A stretch of 63,816 nucleotides of DNA, counting the filler, from Candidatus Coatesbacteria bacterium (lineage in GTDB: Bacteria; JAFGND01), in NCBI GenBank assembly GCA_016927185.1. It is 5 parts of 5 records of this genome, joined end to end, with 100 filler letters (N's around TTAATTAATTAA, not from the genome) between each part and the next. Parts side by side here need not be neighbours in the genome. Positions count along the whole stretch, not along the records: positions 52,061 to 63,816 come from JAFGND010000066.1; 4 more parts are not named here. One strand, written 5' to 3'. Shown piece after piece: positions 61,400 to 63,816 of the stretch; position 1 is the first letter of the stretch; the number at the start of each line of letters is the position of its first letter. The notes under the pieces were generated by a model. It was not told the origin of the DNA. It ran no database searches and saw only the letters and a program-made list of their open reading frames with translations. The position numbers and the translations under genes were made by a program.

Positions 61400-61411
61400 A
61401 AAGGAGCTATT

Positions 61412-62164
61412 ATGCCAAGATATATTCCGGTTTTCATAATAATAATTTTGTTTTTCACATCACTTCTTGCTATAAAATGTCCAAATTGCGGACATGAAAA
61501 TCCTGATGACAGTAGCTTCTGTACTGAATGTGGAGCAGCCCTGAAGAAAAGTTCCAATACCTCCAGCGGTACTTCCAGATATACTTCAAGTTATTCATCT
61601 AGTGACATCCTGTTCGGTCCTTCAATAGGGATAGCACAAACTAAATGGACATTAACTCATACATTCACCTATCAGGACGGTACTCCTGAAAATGAGAGAA
61701 AATGGACAGATTACAGTGGTGACACTAGCAAGAGTGATATGTACATTGGTGGAGAGTTCATTTATGGAGGATTGAGACAGGGAATCGGGGCAAAAGCCCA
61801 TCTATCAATACTTCTGCATGACGAGACTAATCTCGCAGTTGGGGGAATAGTCAATTATACAATCAATGCAGGATCTGTTTTCCCATGGTTCGGGGCTGGA
61901 ATTGATCTTCTGAATGGCAAGATAGAGGAAACTGATGATGAATCAAAGACATTCCTGCTTCTCGGTTTCTCTGGTGGGATAAATATTCCTATTTCTGGAA
62001 GCAAGATGGTAATCATGCCATCCTTGAAGTATGATTTCCTTTGCATAAGCGGTTCGACAACAACCAGATCATTTACTGCAGCTAACAGGTATACTGTAAC
62101 AGAGGAATTCAAGACAAAAGCCAATTTATTGCAGGTAGGTTGCGGATTAGGTTTCAGGTTCTGA
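61412..62164 (+). CDS. Signal peptide + zinc ribbon + outer-membrane beta-barrel protein
   Basis: CPNCG...FCTECG, Ser-rich linker, beta strands ending GLGFRF; AAAGGAG RBS. Confidence 0.75.
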   Translation: MPRYIPVFIIIILFFTSLLAIKCPNCGHENPDDSSFCTECGAALKKSSNTSSGTSRYTSSYSSSDILFGPSIGIAQTKWTLTHTFTYQDGTPENERKWTDYSGDTSKSDMYIGGEFIYGGLRQGIGAKAHLSILLHDETNLAVGGIVNYTINAGSVFPWFGAGIDLLNGKIEETDDESKTFLLLGFSGGINIPISGSKMVIMPSLKYDFLCISGSTTTRSFTAANRYTVTEEFKTKANLLQVGCGLGFRF

Positions 62165-63172
62165 TCCCTTATTCAGTTCCTTCTCCATATTAGCGACCTT
62201 TTTTGCAAGTTCAGGAAGTTGTGATAATGCTGCATTAATTCTGTGGGATTCCCTTATGGGTCTTGCAGGATAACCGAAAATCTGCTCCCCATCCTTGACA
62301 TCATTTGGAACTCCTGACTGGGCTAAAATTACCACCTTGTTTCCGATATTTATATGATCCGCAAGACCAACCTGTCCTGCCATTATAACATCATCCCCTA
62401 CATTGCATGAACCGGCAAGACCAACCTGTGCTGACAAATAGCAGCGTTTTCCAAGTCTGCAATTGTGTGCAATCTGACATAAATTATCTATCTTTGTGTC
62501 ATCATCTATGAAAGTCTCCCCAAGTGTAGCTCTGTCAACTGTTGTTCCTGCCCCTATTTCAACCCTTTTTCCGGTCCTTACTATTCCAACCTGCGGGATC
62601 TTGTATCTCTTTCCTTCTGCATCATGATAACCGAATCCATCGCTTCCTATTATTGCACCTGCATAGATTATATTATCCTCACCTATTATGCATCTTTCAC
62701 CAATTACAACATTAGGATATATCTTTGTGCCTTTCCCTATTACTGCAGATGGCTCTATAACTACATTGGGATAAATAATAACATTGTCTTCTATATATGC
62801 ATCCTTCATGATAACAGAATTAGTCATTATCGTGACATTGTTCCCTATTCTTGCTGTTTCGTTTATAAATGCACCCTTGCTAATATCTGGCTCAAATACT
62901 TCCCCTGGATAGAATATTTCCAGGCATTTCAGGAAAGCAAGCTTCGGATCCTTCACAATAAGTGCTGGTCTGTCGGCGAGTTCAGCAAGTTCAGCTTTTA
63001 TTATGAACGCAGATGCATTTGTCTCTTTTGCCTTCTCCAGATTATGTCTAGTCAAAACATAAATTACATCAGAACTCTCTGCATTGCTTAAATCACCGAC
63101 TCCTGAAACAATAATATTTCCCTCTCCCCTGACTTCTGCGCCAAGTATTTCAGCAAGTTCTTCAAGAAACAT
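62147..63172 (-). CDS. lpxD: UDP-3-O-acyl-glucosamine N-acyltransferase
   Basis: Hexapeptide repeats, GSDGFGY, KIPQ.G, IDNLCQIAHN, GYPA. Confidence 0.95.
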   Translation of the reverse strand: MFLEELAEILGAEVRGEGNIIVSGVGDLSNAESSDVIYVLTRHNLEKAKETNASAFIIKAELAELADRPALIVKDPKLAFLKCLEIFYPGEVFEPDISKGAFINETARIGNNVTIMTNSVIMKDAYIEDNVIIYPNVVIEPSAVIGKGTKIYPNVVIGERCIIGEDNIIYAGAIIGSDGFGYHDAEGKRYKIPQVGIVRTGKRVEIGAGTTVDRATLGETFIDDDTKIDNLCQIAHNCRLGKRCYLSAQVGLAGSCNVGDDVIMAGQVGLADHINIGNKVVILAQSGVPNDVKDGEQIFGYPARPIRESHRINAALSQLPELAKKVANMEKELNKGSEPET

Positions 63173-63335
63173 AAATACCCTTTCTTTATTTTCATTTCAG
63201 GGATTTTTTATAAGTTTAATATGTCAAGACTAAAACCTTGCCTCTGGATTTTATATGTTAATCATATATTTTGCTTTACAAAAAAAACTGAATTCAAGCA
63301 ATTAACATTTGTCTATTTTATTTATAAGGAGAAAA

Positions 63336-63384
63336 ATGGCTCTTCTTCATGGCTCTTCTTCATGGCTCTTCTTCATGGCTCTTC
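63336..63384 (+). repeat. 13-bp tandem repeat (ATGGCTCTTCTTC)x3 + 10-bp partial covering the start codon
   Basis: ATGs at 63336, 63349, 63362, 63375. Confidence 0.92.
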
Positions 63385-63816
63385 AAGTACTTTTCCTGGG
63401 ATACAAACCAGCCTTGAGACAGAGAATTCTTGAAAAATTCAATGATCATCTTAGAAAAAGGCTTCTCAAAAAGCGTTATTTCATACCATGGGAAGTTTCA
63501 TGGTTTCCAACATATAAATGCAATCTGAAATGCTTCTACTGTAACAGCAATCCACTCCCGATGCTGTGGGAAGATGCAGAAAGAGGAGCAAGGAAGATTA
63601 TTGAGCTGAAACCAGCTTCTCTTTCCATATTGGGGGGAGAACCATTCATTGTTCCGAAAATATCCGACTACATAGAGCAGATAGTTAAGGCACTTCCTAA
63701 CATATTCATAATGCTTACTACTAACGGGATGGTTAAGCAGGAACATGTAGAAAAAGCAGCCAGATATCTTTATTCTTTCTGCTTCTCAATGGATGGACTT
63801 GGAGATTATCAGACAA
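63336..63816 (+). CDS. Radical SAM protein (3' truncated; absent from ORF track)
   Basis: AAGGAG RBS, ATG 63336, open frame to window end with TYKCNLKCFYC (CxxxCxxC), LGGEP, TTNG, SMDG. Confidence 0.88.
   Translation, partial: MALLHGSSSWLFFMALQVLFLGYKPALRQRILEKFNDHLRKRLLKKRYFIPWEVSWFPTYKCNLKCFYCNSNPLPMLWEDAERGARKIIELKPASLSILGGEPFIVPKISDYIEQIVKALPNIFIMLTTNGMVKQEHVEKAARYLYSFCFSMDGLGDYQT

Noticed and set aside
758-63091. Numerous 60-190 aa antisense ORFs inside long genes
   Set aside because: Shadows of well-supported CDSs with no motifs or RBS
63221-63746. Track ORFs 63221-63433 (+) and 63498-63746 (-)
   Set aside because: Off-frame or antisense to the radical SAM frame starting at 63336
47976-63816. 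Linking the RiPP-like peptide to the radical SAM gene as one cluster
   Set aside because: They are on different contigs, and the radical SAM gene is truncated so no SPASM domain can be seen

Overview
AT-rich bacterial draft sequence made of five contigs (1-26197, 26298-36688, 36789-47105, 47206-51960, 52061-63816) joined by artificial 100-bp N44-TTAATTAATTAA-N44 linkers, so synteny across linkers is meaningless. LpxD, a GT9 heptosyltransferase, a PorV-like barrel and T9SS-type C-terminal domains indicate a diderm, probably an anaerobic FCB-related or candidate-phylum organism (inference). Contig 1 is a long housekeeping/envelope operon (valS, recN, nadK, PilS-like kinase, ino1, iorB, surE, nucleotide-sugar dehydrogenase, cytidylyltransferase plus CDP-alcohol transferase) followed by gcvPA, DUF362 proteins, malic enzyme and partial thiL. 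Contig 2 has T9SS beta-propeller cargo, porV-like, gatC, murA and an aminotransferase. Contig 3 has macrodomain, lysC, a citCDEFG cluster whose catalytic subunits have altered active-site motifs, and a degenerate NeuB-like protein. Contig 4 has a repeat-rich PQQ-propeller cargo, an unannotated 54-aa Cys-rich RiPP-precursor-like ORF, tRNA-Gln(CTG), lipoproteins and a transmembrane ankyrin protein. Contig 5 has a Type ISP-like methyltransferase, a six-gene exported thiol-redox operon, lpxD, and a radical SAM gene whose start codon sits in a 13-bp tandem repeat. Best candidates for new biology: the thiol-redox operon, the RiPP-like peptide, the remodelled citrate-lyase cluster and the start-codon repeat. 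Family names are from motif recognition only; no database searches were run.
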